NCBI GenBank assembly: GCA_965261345.1
Contig: OZ253449.1
Coordinates: 1,568,001-1,632,000 of the forward strand
Source: Chloroflexota bacterium
GTDB taxonomy: Bacteria > Chloroflexota > UBA11872 > VXNJ01
DNA: 64,000 nucleotides
Direction: 5' to 3'
Shown here: positions 1-11,242 of the stretch, in pieces
Layout of the letters: each line of letters begins with the position of its first letter
How positions within the stretch are numbered: the stretch's first letter is position 1
The notes under the pieces: generated by a model
What the model saw: the letters and a program-made list of their open reading frames with translations, nothing else
Database searches by the model: none
What the model was told of the DNA's origin: nothing
Translations under genes and position numbers: made by a program

Positions 1-648
1 GTCGTTTAGCGCGGCTGTGCTCAAAGGCTGTTCCCCGGGATTGATAGGCTGCAGCCGCATGCTTTCGCCCGACGGCATGCGGTCTTGCCAGAGCGCTCAG
101 CTATCCTATCGCCGACCATCGGATTGCAAGATTTTTTCTTCAGCGTCAGGGACCATCCGGCAGCTTTGCACTTGCCATGCGGTAACGGTGCTGCCATCGT
201 CACCCGATAGTGTCGCCGCGCGCCCTTTACGAGCGACTACCGCGTGGCTGCCCGGGCTCGCCGGACGTCGATTAACAACCTTGTCGCAGGGCTCAGAATG
301 AGGTGGCTGGAATCAGCTGCAAATCCAGGTAATACGGCCGCGGGATTTTGTAATCCAGGGTGCGTCGGCGCCGCTAGATAGGTTTCTCTGCCACGTTCGC
401 CAATCGCTTGGCGACGATCGATGAGCACTTAACCCGTTGCATCAATCTAGATGCTCAGATATAAAAACGGAGAAGGGGTTATTGGGCGTTCCGCCGGCAA
501 TAGAGTATTTAAGTAATCGACCGATGCGACCAACCCCACCCATCCCAACTTACGGCAACGGCGCATTGCTGAAAGATCGATTTCGACGAGCGAGTGACGT
601 AGGTTTGCGGGCGAAGCGCGCCGGCGGATGCGAGGCAAGGCGAGGAAG

Positions 649-1122
649 ATGAACGGTCCGGAAGCATTCATGGCGCGCGCGATCGAGATCTCGCGCCGAC
701 AGGGGTTATCAGGGCGCGGCGGCCCGTTCGGGGCGGTTGTGGTCAGCAACGGACGGGTGATTGCCGAGGGGTGCAACCAGGTGACCTCGGGCATCGATCC
801 GACCGCGCACGCCGAGATCGTGGCGATCCGCGCCGCCTGCCGCAATCTCGGTCGCTTCGACCTGGCCGGGTGCGAGATCTATTCGAGCTGCGAACCCTGC
901 CCGATGTGCCTGGCGGCCATCTTCTGGGCGCGCCTGGACCGCGCCTACTTTGCCAACGACCGCGAAGATGCGGCGCGGATCGGATTCGACGATGCCGAGC
1001 TCTACCGCCAGATAACCCTGCCGGTAGATAGCCGCGCGATCCCCATGATCCACCTCCCCAGCCGTGAGGCGCTCGACGTCTTTAGCGCTTGGGAAGCCTT
1101 TCCCGACAAGGTCCCGTACTGA
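649..1122 (+). CDS. Nucleoside/guanine deaminase (cytidine-deaminase fold, GuaD-like)
   Basis: GGPFGAVVV, DPTAHAE and SCEPCPMC Zn motifs, GFDD near the C-terminus; ATG 649 preferred to the ORF start at 628. Confidence 0.85.
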   Translation: MNGPEAFMARAIEISRRQGLSGRGGPFGAVVVSNGRVIAEGCNQVTSGIDPTAHAEIVAIRAACRNLGRFDLAGCEIYSSCEPCPMCLAAIFWARLDRAYFANDREDAARIGFDDAELYRQITLPVDSRAIPMIHLPSREALDVFSAWEAFPDKVPY

Positions 1123-1662
1123 CGCTACGCGCGCCCCGACGGGCGGCGCTAGGCTGGAATTCCGCACCAGCAGTTGCGGAACGTCGCGCGATCAAGAATC
1201 TCGCCGATGCGGGCTTGAGCCCGAGGCAGATGCTCGGGATGGCGCAGCTGGAATCGACGGGGTCGGTCATCGGCGCCGTGAGCAGCAGCGACCAATTCCG
1301 AGTACAAGCCCACGGCACGGCCGCAGGTGCTGTGGAAGGCGCTAGAGCACGCCAAATCACATGGTCACTAAATGCGGGGCGATTGCCCGCCAGATTGAGG
1401 TTTCCCGCAACGCTGCGCGCTAAAAAGCCCGTGCTCGCACTCCACCATTGAACCGATGGCCGCAAATAATTGCGGGAAGCGGCCGAGAACGATCGCGGCC
1501 ATCCGGCCTGACAAAGTCGCTGAGCATCGACAGGAGTAGCCTAAAGCCTATGGTGATTAACACGCGCTGGCAACCGGGCAATCAGCGACCAACAGTTGAG
1601 CTTGACCTCAATCCGACTTCTAAACTAGTCTGATACCTAGTCTTTTGCCTTTGGAGCGAATC

Positions 1663-1923
1663 ATGAGCAAGAAATGGGCGGTCCAAGACGCCAAATCGAG
1701 GTTCAGCGAGTTCCTCGATACCACTCTTGCCGAAGGGCCGCAGATCGTGACCAAGCGAGGTGTGGAAACGGCAGTGCTCCTTCCCATTGAGCAGTGGCGG
1801 ATGCTGGAGCGGATGACCAGGCCGGACCTGAAGGAGTTGCTCCTCGCCTCGGAAGCGCGGACCGAGGACCTTGCACCGCCGCGCCGACGGCATCGCCACC
1901 GAACACCCTTGGTCGTCGAGTAG
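1663..1923 (+). CDS. Phd/YefM-family antitoxin
   Basis: W-x-x-QDAKSRFSE...GPQIVTKRG signature; lies directly upstream of a PIN toxin. Confidence 0.9.
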   Translation: MSKKWAVQDAKSRFSEFLDTTLAEGPQIVTKRGVETAVLLPIEQWRMLERMTRPDLKELLLASEARTEDLAPPRRRHRHRTPLVVE

Positions 1924-1930
1924 GCCCATC

Positions 1931-2344
1931 GTGTACCTTCTCGATACCAACGTGGTCTCGGAGCTGCGTCGGCCCCGTCCACATGGCGCTGTCCTGGATT
2001 GGATCTCGGATGTGCCTGCGGAACAGCTCTTCATGTCTGCAGTTACGGTTGGTGAGATACAGGCGGGGATCGAGATTACCCGCGAGCAGGATGCGGCTAA
2101 AGCGGCGGAGTTGGAAGCATGGTTGGACAAGGTTCTGGCCTGCTTCGGCGTATTGCCAATGGACGCACCCACATTCCGGGAGTGGGCACGGCTCATGCCC
2201 AGGAAGTCAGACACAATGACCGAAGACGCCATGATTGCTGCGACCGCCACTGTGCACCGGCTGACAGTGGTCACCGGCAACGTGAGCGACTTCGGGCAGT
2301 TTGGGGTTCAGTTGCAAAACCCCTTTGAAGGCGAGGCGCGATGA
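1931..2344 (+). CDS. vapC: VapC-family PIN-domain toxin
   Basis: YLLDTNVVSE, EIQAG, DAMIAATA and VT-x-N-x-x-DF PIN motifs; GTG start 7 nt after the antitoxin stop. Confidence 0.9.
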   Translation: MYLLDTNVVSELRRPRPHGAVLDWISDVPAEQLFMSAVTVGEIQAGIEITREQDAAKAAELEAWLDKVLACFGVLPMDAPTFREWARLMPRKSDTMTEDAMIAATATVHRLTVVTGNVSDFGQFGVQLQNPFEGEAR

Positions 2345-2635
2345 CCACGGCTCAGCGGGACCAGTTAATGGCAGGACAGACGATACCGGCGCAACCAATG
2401 TCTACGATGAGCGTACCTGATTTGCTGGATGGGAACTGGCTCGTTTCGCCCTTGCAGCGTCACGCTGGATGAACAATCAAGCCGAATTCCTGAACCAGGC
2501 GTTAGCCTTGTGATCGCCCGGTTATTTCTTATCCCACAATCGCTGCGTGTTGACAGAAATGGCTCAAAACTGACGGCGATTGAAGCGCCCTAATTACCTC
2601 CGTCAAATCGGACGGGCATTTCGAATTTCAGGCGG

Positions 2636-3769
2636 TTATTCAAGCGGAGCCAGGACCTTCCACGCGCAGTACTGGCGATTACGTCGGTTTTGTCCTACCT
2701 GAGCAATGATTTCCTTTTCCTGTAGTCGGGCAAAAGCCCTTTGCGCGGTCGCAAAAGCGACGTTCAATTTGATCGCTGCTTTTCCCACCGTCCAGAACGG
2801 GTTCTCGGCAAACAGCATCAGCGCCTTCTCCACTGTTGGTGCCGAATCACCTTTAACTTGCTTACGCCATTCTTCAAACAGACCGCTGATCGATCGGATG
2901 TACCCGACAGCTTGATCTGACTGCAGGCGAATGCCGCGCAGGAAATAAAGCAGCCACTCCTCCCATTCGCCACGTTCAGTAATCGCCTGGAGGCGATGGA
3001 TGTACTGGTTGCGCGTCGCATCAATATAGACGCTCAGATACAGCAACGGGGAAGGGATTATTTGGCGTTCCAGCAGCAGCAGCGCAATGAGCAATCGACC
3101 GATGCGACCATTCCCGTCCTTGAATGGATGAATCGCCTCGAACTGGGCGTGCGCAAGCGCAATGTGAATCAGCGGGGGAAGCCGATCGTCGTGTAAAAAA
3201 TTTTCCCACGCGTCCAGGCAGTCTGCAAGATCGGACGGCGGCGGCGGAACATAACTTGCCTCTTGCAGCGCGTCCCCGGGAGAGCCAATCCAGTTTTGAG
3301 CCTTACGAAACTCGCCGGGTCCAACGGATTCTGTCTTTTGCCCCGCCATTAGGCGTGCGTGCAATTCACGAACTAAGCGCAACGATACCGGGAGGGAATC
3401 CAAACGCTGCTGCCCGTATTCAAGGGCGGCTACGTAATTGGAAACTTCCCAATAATCCGCGGTTGGTTGGATGTTAGGGGAACCGGCTTCAATTGAAAAC
3501 AGCTCTCTAACTGAAGTCCGGGTGCCCTCGATGCGACTGGAAAAAACCGCCTCCGCGCGAATGAGTAACGGGATCAATCGAAGAGGATTGGCCCACCTCG
3601 ATCCCTCGCCGGCGAGTCTCCCAATAGCTAGGTCAGCGTGCGAGAGAGCAACGACCAAATCTTCACTCCAGGTAAGCGGTGGCGGAAGCGGAGCCGGAAT
3701 GAAGGCGTAGTAGCCATCCGGACAATACTGCTTGCGGCCATGCGCTGCGCGGGGCCTTGACTGAGTCAC
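2636..3769 (-). CDS. Fic-family protein with N-terminal inhibitory helix and C-terminal HTH
   Basis: HPFKDGNGRIGR Fic motif; SSRIEG inhibitory (S/T)xxxE(G/N) motif. Confidence 0.92.
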   Translation of the reverse strand: MTQSRPRAAHGRKQYCPDGYYAFIPAPLPPPLTWSEDLVVALSHADLAIGRLAGEGSRWANPLRLIPLLIRAEAVFSSRIEGTRTSVRELFSIEAGSPNIQPTADYWEVSNYVAALEYGQQRLDSLPVSLRLVRELHARLMAGQKTESVGPGEFRKAQNWIGSPGDALQEASYVPPPPSDLADCLDAWENFLHDDRLPPLIHIALAHAQFEAIHPFKDGNGRIGRLLIALLLLERQIIPSPLLYLSVYIDATRNQYIHRLQAITERGEWEEWLLYFLRGIRLQSDQAVGYIRSISGLFEEWRKQVKGDSAPTVEKALMLFAENPFWTVGKAAIKLNVAFATAQRAFARLQEKEIIAQVGQNRRNRQYCAWKVLAPLE

Positions 3770-4154
3770 TAAATCTGATTGCTCAGTTATCGAGCGTGAA
3801 AATAAAGAGGTTGCTTATTCTCGTATAGTGTGCGGAATGAAAATAAGCGACACGCTTGCCAGTGGGCAGCACCCCGGCCCGCCAACTTTTTGTTCGCGTT
3901 ACCCGAAAGCGAACATCCAAAGCGGCAGATCAATCTAAAAGCGTCCCAGTCCAATTGAGGCTGGTCACGGTTGGGCATTTTCACGGGCTTGAAAGATCTA
4001 GGTTTCCGTAGAAAAATGAGCCCATAGTCGGGGTCGCCATCAAGTGGCAAGCAGCGGGTCGTTTACAAACCCGAATTGATCGCCCCATGCCGACGCGAAG
4101 CTTGGCAAAGTAGGCTGATCTGGCGATCAATTTGCACTTTGAGGGAATTGGCAA

Positions 4155-4973
4155 TTGTCCAGCGCAATGAATAAGTTTGCGGATTCCTCGCGGCGGCTGA
4201 CGCAATCGCACGCATTCGAATTCGGCATCATCGCCGTCATCCTGCTCAATGCGGTGCTACTGGGAATCGGGACGTTGCCGGAGATGGATCGCAACTATGG
4301 CGAATTGATGGGTCGGGTTTACCAAGTAACGCTCGGGGTATTCATAGTCGAGGCGCTACTGAAGATGTACGCCGCCCGACCTCGTCTGGCCGGTTATTTT
4401 CGGGACGGGTGGAACGTCTTTGATTTCCTGGTGATAGTGTTTGCGTTGATTCCGGCGACCGGCCAATTCGCGGTGATCGCGCGGTTGGCGCGACTGCTGC
4501 GAGTGCTGCGCTTGGTTTCGTCGATCAAGGAATTGCGCCTCATCGTTGGCGCCTTGGTCCGCTCGATTCCCAGCGTAGGTCATGTCATGGTGCTGATGGG
4601 CATCATCGTCTACGTCTACGCCATCATCGGCTACCACCTCTTTGGGCAGCACGACCCCGAGAACTGGGGGAACCTGGGACTCGCATTCCTCTCGCTTTTC
4701 AACATCATCACGTTGGAGGGTTGGACGGTTCTCATGTACACCGCGATGGGATTTAGCGGGCTGGCTTGGATCTACTTTGTAAGTTTCATAGTTATCGGAA
4801 CCTTTGTGGTGGCAAATCTGTTCATCGCCATCATCATCAACAACTTGGATGAAGCCAAGATGGAGCGATTGCGCGAATTAGAGCGGCCGGTCTCGCGCGA
4901 AGAACTCCTGCGTGAAATCAGAACCACCCAGGATGCGTTGCGGCGGCTTGAAACCCGTATCGGCGATCACTAG
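4155..4973 (+). CDS. Ion transporter, bacterial voltage-gated Na+ channel-like (BacNav)
   Basis: 6-TM layout, WNVFDF in S3, S4 RLARLLRVLR, pore filter TLEGW, C-terminal coiled coil. Confidence 0.88.
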   Translation: MSSAMNKFADSSRRLTQSHAFEFGIIAVILLNAVLLGIGTLPEMDRNYGELMGRVYQVTLGVFIVEALLKMYAARPRLAGYFRDGWNVFDFLVIVFALIPATGQFAVIARLARLLRVLRLVSSIKELRLIVGALVRSIPSVGHVMVLMGIIVYVYAIIGYHLFGQHDPENWGNLGLAFLSLFNIITLEGWTVLMYTAMGFSGLAWIYFVSFIVIGTFVVANLFIAIIINNLDEAKMERLRELERPVSREELLREIRTTQDALRRLETRIGDH

Positions 4974-5353
4974 GCTGCCCGCGATCGCATTCGGTTGGAG
5001 CAGATCTTTGCAATGTACTTCCGGAGTTTGGGACGAATCACCTCACGAACCGTTCAATTTGCCGGCAACACTGGCAGGCAATGGGCTCTCGGGTAGACAT
5101 AATCGCTGTCAAAATTTGTAGCTTGACCCATTTGCGTCCGGGCTTGGTGAGAGCGGCTTGGTCAATTCTTCGGTGAGTGTTTTGGGACGATCTGGCTAAC
5201 GGCGACCGCCCCGGATCGCGCCCGCCAGAATGCCAGCAAACTCATTTGATCGTGATTTTTGATCTCTTAGCGATTAGGGGGCGCTAGTCCCGTAGGGGCA
5301 CAAGCCGCTGCGGAGCCGTGAACAACGCCGGTTACTTCTGCAGGGAACGTCAG

Positions 5354-6127
5354 TTACTTTTGCAGAGTTTTCTCCCGGATTATTTCCTCCTTCTCTAGCC
5401 CAGTCCGGTAACTGGGTACGTCAAATTCAAGCACCACGGCGTGATGGACGATTCGGTCGGCCGCCGCCGCGGTGGCCATCGGGTTGGGAAAGATCTTGCC
5501 CCATTCGCTAAAGACCAGGTTCGAGGTGATCCCAATCGAGCGCCGCTCGTAGCGCTCGGCGATCAACGTAAACAGCACCTCGGCCTCATCGGTCCCCTGC
5601 GGCAGGTAACCCAGATCGTCGATGATGATCAGGTCGATGTAGTCGAGCTTGCGCAACAGCCGGGGCAGTTCCAGGTCGCGCTTGGCCGCCAGAAGTTCCT
5701 GCACCAGCCGGTAGGCGGGTGCAAACAGCACCGATCGGCCGTTCTCGACCAGCTTGTGTCCGATCGCACACAGGGCATGGGTCTTGCCGGTCCCGGGCAG
5801 GCCGAAGGCCAGGACGTTGACGGCCCCGTCCAGGAACTGACCCTCGAGCAGGTCCTGGAGCTGGGCGCTGAGCGGCGGCGGCAGGTTCTGGCGATCGAAG
5901 TTGTCCCAGGTCTTCCCCGGCGGGAGCTTGGAGGACTTGCGCAGCCGGTCCACCCGGCGCTGGCGCCGATCGTCCATCTCCTGGCAGAAGACTTCGAGCA
6001 GGGTATCGAGCGCGTCGACATGACCGGCATCTACGAAGCGCTCAACCGCCTCGGTCCCGATCGTGGGCAGCCGCAGCTCCTTGCACATGAGCTTTATCTG
6101 CCGGGCGGCAACGGATGGCGCGGTCAT
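5354..6127 (-). CDS. istB: IS21 helper ATPase IstB
   Basis: Walker A GLPGTGKT, Walker B LIIIDDLGY, ITSN, DRIVHH. Confidence 0.95.
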   Translation of the reverse strand: MTAPSVAARQIKLMCKELRLPTIGTEAVERFVDAGHVDALDTLLEVFCQEMDDRRQRRVDRLRKSSKLPPGKTWDNFDRQNLPPPLSAQLQDLLEGQFLDGAVNVLAFGLPGTGKTHALCAIGHKLVENGRSVLFAPAYRLVQELLAAKRDLELPRLLRKLDYIDLIIIDDLGYLPQGTDEAEVLFTLIAERYERRSIGITSNLVFSEWGKIFPNPMATAAAADRIVHHAVVLEFDVPSYRTGLEKEEIIREKTLQK

Positions 6128-7613
6128 CGTCGGGCCCCGGTAAGCAAACGATCGTAGATTGCCAGGTCGGGTGTTGCCAGGGATGCCAGCTCGGGTATCG
6201 ACGGCGAGCGCGGCGCGACCAGATCGCGCACGTTCTGACAGTCGAAGCGCTCGCCCTTATCCAGGAGTCCGGCCAGGGCCCTGGCCACGTCGGCCTCCAT
6301 GGTTGTGGCCGCCAGTTGCAGGATGCGCAGGTAATTGACGTCGGCGCTGTGCTGACCGCGCCACCCCAGGAGCGCATCGTAGGCGCGGCGGAAGGTAAGG
6401 GTGGGGAAGAGCTGGTCGCGCCAGCGGTAGCGGGCAAATGCGCCCGGTTTCCTAACCAGCGAGGCGATTACGTGGCGGTAATTGACGCGGGCGCGCCGGG
6501 CGCCGCTGACGCGCTCGATGCGCTCGATGAAACTTCCCTTGTAGTAGACGTCCAGGTGCTCGGGGTAGAGACGGGCTTCCACCTTTTGCCCGATCAGGCG
6601 CGGTGGTACCGTGTAGGTGCGATTGGAGACCCTGATGGTGCTCCATTTGCGCACCCGAGCCTGGTACGTGACGTAATCGGGCAGGGGAGTCGGCGGTAGG
6701 GGCCGAAGGTGTGAGCGCTCAATCTCCGTCCTGGCCGCTGCCGCCCGGTTCTTTTTGTCGACTATCGCCAGCACGAAGTCCCGGTAGTCGCCGACGCAGT
6801 AAAAGTCCGAACTCCCGCGCAGCAGCAGCTCCTGCCGCAAAAGATTCTTCATCCGCCGGTGGGCCTGCTCCACGACCCCGTTCTCGTGCGCCTTGCGCGG
6901 ATTGGTGCGAGTTGACTTTAAGCCGTAGTGCTCCAGAAGCTGGCGATAGGTCCGGTTCAGGGTCCGGCCGCCGGTCTTCCGCAGCTCGTGGGTGACCGCC
7001 GAGAGGTTGTCGGAACGGATGATCTGCGGGGTCCCGCCCAGCTCGTAGAGAGCGTGCTGCAATCCCGACTTGAGGGACATGAAGCTCTCGGTCGAGGAAA
7101 GCTCGACGTAGCGCCAGCCGGAGTGGGAGAGCACGAACTCGAACAGGAGATGCGGGAAGGGCGTCCCGGCGATCGTCACCTCCAGCTTGCTGGCGCTGGT
7201 GAAGTCCAGCTGCGCCTCCCGGCCCGGCGGATGGACCTGGGGGAAGTAGACCTCCCGGTCGGGGCCTGAGAGCGCCCGCCAATCGCGGACCCGGCGCTGC
7301 AGGGTGCGCAGTTGTGCTGACGAGAACCGATCCGGGTACTTGCCGCAGAGCCGCTCCAGGATGGTGGTGGCCTGCAGTACCCCGTTGCGGTCGCTTTGCA
7401 GGAGCGGCACGACCTCCTCTTCCCATACCCCTCCGAAGGGATCGGGGTGGGTGCGCCAGTGGCGATCTTGCCTTTTGCTATCGGACGGGAGCTTCCCTTC
7501 GCGCCAGTTATGGCCCGAGCGCGCGCTCATCCCGGCCACCGCCGCGGCGGTGGCCATCTTCTTGCTTGCATCAGTTGCAGCCTCAGTAGTGTGACTTGTC
7601 GATCGGTGACCAA
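6124..7613 (-). pseudogene. istA: IS21 transposase IstA, apparent 1-nt frameshift near the N-terminus
   Basis: DDE core (QLDF, SDN, ENGVVE). The likely start TTG 7613 (GGAG RBS; MVTDRQVTLLR...) is out of frame with the main ORF, with the shift near 7565. Confidence 0.7.
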
Positions 7614-7912
7614 ATCGGCGTCTCCAGTCGGGAGATCTCCAATCAGTCATATCAATAGGGCTGCAAAAGTAACTGTCGTCAGTTCTGCAAAAGTAACTGC
7701 CGTCGAACAGAGCCGTCTAGGAATTGGGTGCGGGCGAGATTGAGCCTGATTCCCAACTGAACTCCGCGCCGCTCTAACGCTAGCGCTGCATGGATTGATC
7801 GGCGGGAAGGTTTGCCAGCGCCCGCGGCTCTATGATCTGCCCCAAGCTAGTGTCAAGATGTCAATATCGCCGGAAACTGCGCACCTAGGCATGACTTTCC
7901 CCGTGATCGGTT

Positions 7913-9576
7913 GGACGCGTCCCCTTAATTGGTGTAAGTAATCCCTTCCTCTACCAGGGATTGGACAACGACTGCCTGCAGGCAGTCGTTGTCGGCAAGG
8001 GCCGGAAATATCGGGGTCCTTTGCGGCTGGTGGGGTCCTTTGCGCTGCGCGACGGGCGATCGCCCGTCGCTGACGCCCATTGTTGCAGCAACGCCCCGGC
8101 GATCTCCGGTATTGGCGCGCTGGCGGGCAGGGTTTTGGGTAGGCGAACCCGGGGACCCCGAGACGCGCCCTTGCCGCCGGAGCGCCTCCGGGGCCCGCAG
8201 TCAGCTCAGAAGTTCGGGGCCGGCACCAGAGCGTAACCCGATCCGTCGTCTTCGGTGATCGCCACCACCCGGCCGATCATGTCCATGGACTCTTTGGACA
8301 TATAGCGGCGCTCGACGCAGAGCCATTCGTCGTTTTGTTCACACAGGATCGCCCCCACCAGGCGCACGACCGAGTCGTCGTCGGGGAAGAGCTGGACCAC
8401 CCTGGTGCGGCGCTTTAGCTCGGCTATCAGCCGCTCCAGAGGGTTGGTGGACCAGATCTTGCGCCAGTGCCCGGGCGGGAAGTTAAGCGAACGCGGTAAG
8501 CTCTGGCCTCGCGGTCGTCTACGTAATCGCCCAGGCGCGGATCCAGTTGCTCCATGGCGACGGCGAAGGCGTGGTAGGTGGAGACCGCGCGCTCGCGGTC
8601 GGGCTTAGGCAAAGATAGAGGCGAACGCGGCCATCGCCAGCCGCCGCTGCGAGGGCCTGACCCGTCGGGCGATGTTTCTGCCGAAGTGGATGCGGCAGGC
8701 CTGCCAGGCCGCATCGGGCAGGATTCTCTCCACCGCCGCGGCAATAGCGCTGTGGGCGTCGGATATGACCAGCTTCACGCCCCTGAGGCCGCGCTCTGTC
8801 AGGGAGCGCAGGAAATCCTCCCAGAAGACCTGGTCCTCGCCGCGGCCGACCTCAAGGCCCAGGAGCTCGCGCCGGCCGTCGTCGCACACCGCCATGGCGA
8901 TCGCCACCGCGCGCGAGCGCACCGCATGGCCCGAGCGGGCCTCTACATAGGTGGCGTCCACGTACAGGTAGGGGTAGCCGGCGCCGGAGAGATCGCGCTG
9001 GCGGAAGGCGCTCACCGTTTCGTCTAGCCCCTGGCAGATGCGCGAGACTTCCGACTTGGAAACGCCGCTGTGGATGCCCAGCGATTTGACCAGCTCGTCC
9101 ACCTTGCGGGTGGATACGCCTTCGATGTAGGCGGTCATCACGACCGCGTACAGGGCCCGGTCGATGCGACGCCGCCTCTCCACGAACTCGGGGTAGTAGC
9201 TGCCCGATCGGAGCTTGGGCAGGGCGATCGTTATGTCGCCGGCCTGGGTCGCGAGGGTGCGCTTGCGGGATCCGTTGCGCTGGTTCTTGCGCTCCCTGGT
9301 GCGCTCGTGCGGTCCGGCGCCGATGTGGGTTGCCGCGCCGGCGTCGATGAGCTCCTGGTAGCCGCGTTGAACGAGCTGGCGGACGAACTCACCGCTGTCG
9401 AAACCGTCAGCGGACAACTGGGTGATGAGGGACTGATAATCGAACTGGGCCATCGATGTGGCTCCTCTGCGAAGTAAGTGGAATGACTTCAGTAGAGGAT
9501 TGCACGATGGCCCTTTGTCATCGTGCTTGGGCTTACTTCAAGCTGTCGCTTTTACACCACTTCCTGGGACGCGATC
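7913..9576 (-). mobile_element. IS256-family insertion sequence with broken transposase
   Basis: 25-bp imperfect IRs (GGACGCGTCCCCTTAATTGGTGTAA / revcomp GATCGCGTCCCAGGAAGTGGTGTAA); 8-bp target duplication GATCGGTT (7905-7912 and 9577-9584). Confidence 0.9.
8206..9453 (-). pseudogene. IS256 transposase, frameshifted and partly deleted
   Basis: RNG..R.L.T..G, GVSTRKV, YLYVDAT, LVISDAH, WQACRIHF in 8605-9453; C-terminal FP...RLVGAIL piece in 8206-8400 in a different frame. Confidence 0.88.
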
Positions 9577-9705
9577 GATCGGTTGCTGATCCGCGGCAAT
9601 TGCAGGTCGGCAGGAATCAGTTGGTGTCGGTTCGCAATGTTTAAAAGGCGCCCCCGGCGCACGTGGGCAATCGCCTTATCTAACCAATAAAGAATCGCAA
9701 CGACC

Positions 9706-10674
9706 ATGCGCGTACTTCTAATTCCCGGCCTGACGATGTCTAAAGTCTCAAACGACCAGCTAGATAAAATCCGCTCCGCCGCCGGCCCCGGCGCCGAAGT
9801 CACGGTCGCCGACTCCCAAAAACACGCGTTGGAGTTAATTGACGGTGCCGACGTGTTGCTTGGAAGCCTTTCCAAGGAACTCTTTGCCAAGGCCAAGCGT
9901 CTCAAATGGGTCCACGCCATTGCGTCGGGCGTCGATGGTTATCTGTTCGACGATTTCAAGAACAGCGATGTCACGTTGACCGGCGAAAAGGGCCTGGTTG
10001 GCCCGCATCTGGCCGATCATGCGTTTGCCCTGCTGCTGGCACTTGCGCGATCGCTCAAACCGGCGATGCAATTGCGGGGACAAGCATGGGATTCACGGGT
10101 CGCGATGCGACGCGTAGCCTTCGAACTCTCCGGCCGAACGATGGGAATAGTCGGTTTTGGCGGCACCGGCCGCGCTATCGCCAGGCGAGCCGATGGATTC
10201 GAAATGGCAGTCCTGGCCGTCGATCTCTTGCCGGTTCCTGGAATGGAAATCGTCCCGGTGGTTGAGCCGTTGACGCAATTGGGGAAAATGCTTGCGGTAT
10301 CAGATGTAGTTGCCGTTTGTACGCCGCTCACATCTGAGACCTTTCACCTCTTTGACCGCGAAACTTTCGCCCTAATGAAACCGGGCTCAGTGATCGTCAA
10401 CGTCACCCGCGGTGAAATCATCGAGCTCGAAGCCGTAATCGAAGCAGTCGAGTCAGGCCATCTGCGCGGCGCGGCGCTCGATGTCGTCGAAGGCGAACCA
10501 CTGCCTTCCGATCACCGCGTTTTTGGAATCGAGAACATCGTCATGACGCCACACACCGCCGGTGCCTCGCAGCTTCGAATCGGGAGAAACATTGATCGTT
10601 TCTGCGAAAATCTGCGCCGCCTTCGCGACGGTTGCGAACTGGTAGGGATCGTCGATAAGCAGGCTGGTTTTTGA
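9706..10674 (+). CDS. D-2-hydroxyacid dehydrogenase family protein
   Basis: GIVGFGGTG Rossmann motif, NVTRG, ALDV..EP, TPHTAG. Confidence 0.92.
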   Translation: MRVLLIPGLTMSKVSNDQLDKIRSAAGPGAEVTVADSQKHALELIDGADVLLGSLSKELFAKAKRLKWVHAIASGVDGYLFDDFKNSDVTLTGEKGLVGPHLADHAFALLLALARSLKPAMQLRGQAWDSRVAMRRVAFELSGRTMGIVGFGGTGRAIARRADGFEMAVLAVDLLPVPGMEIVPVVEPLTQLGKMLAVSDVVAVCTPLTSETFHLFDRETFALMKPGSVIVNVTRGEIIELEAVIEAVESGHLRGAALDVVEGEPLPSDHRVFGIENIVMTPHTAGASQLRIGRNIDRFCENLRRLRDGCELVGIVDKQAGF

Positions 10675-10766
10675 TCTTGACCAACTAATGAGCGCACCGC
10701 CGCCGGCACGCTCGCGCTCAGATCAATTCGCGGTTATCGCGTGTCGAATTCTGCGATTCGGTCTTT

Positions 10767-11051
10767 TTATCCGTCCACAACCACCATGTTGATATTTGAG
10801 GACTTGGTCCGGATTTCACTCCACGCGGTTTATTCGGGTGAATCCAACCACTCCCTGGCCGCTTGGGCGATGGCAAACTCCAACTAAGCAATACGCTTAG
10901 GTTTCCAACTTCCCTTGATCACGGTAATTTCACCGCCGCGGGCGATGAATTTCCCGCCGTGGCCCTCAACCGTCGCGGTAACGCGTTCGAGAAATTCGCC
11001 GTAAAGCGCTCGGTCGGTGATTTCGACATCGACTATATCGAAGCCGGCCAT
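10767..11051 (-). pseudogene. DUF1330-family protein, disrupted
   Basis: HGGKFIARGG...GSWKPKR then stop; the remainder (LEF...REWLDSPE...MVVVDG) lies in another frame with a further stop. Confidence 0.75.
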
Positions 11052-11242
11052 GGTGCCTACCGGTTCTCTGGCCAATCATGGGCGTTAGCCCGCCCACCTG
11101 TTTTCAATTGTGTCCACCGCTCGCGCGAACCCCTTTTCAAATTCTGGTAGCCTGGCTCAGCTAAAGGATTTCGCAGATTCGGCCGGTGCCGTTGTGCAGC
11201 TTGAGGGCAGCCGGGAAATGGCTGTCGTGACCGGTGCGTATC

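Larger units (their letters stand above)
5319..7709 (-). mobile_element. IS21-family insertion sequence
   Basis: TG...CA ends; imperfect terminal IRs with repeated (C)AGTTACTT(T/C)TGCAG sub-motifs at both ends; 6-bp target duplication GAGCCG (5313-5318 and 7710-7715); istA-istB pair. Confidence 0.93.

Noticed and set aside
1123-1640. ORFs 1089-1451 and 1082-1465
   Set aside because: No recognisable motifs or RBS, and they overlap the deaminase; possibly a decayed fragment but not supportable.
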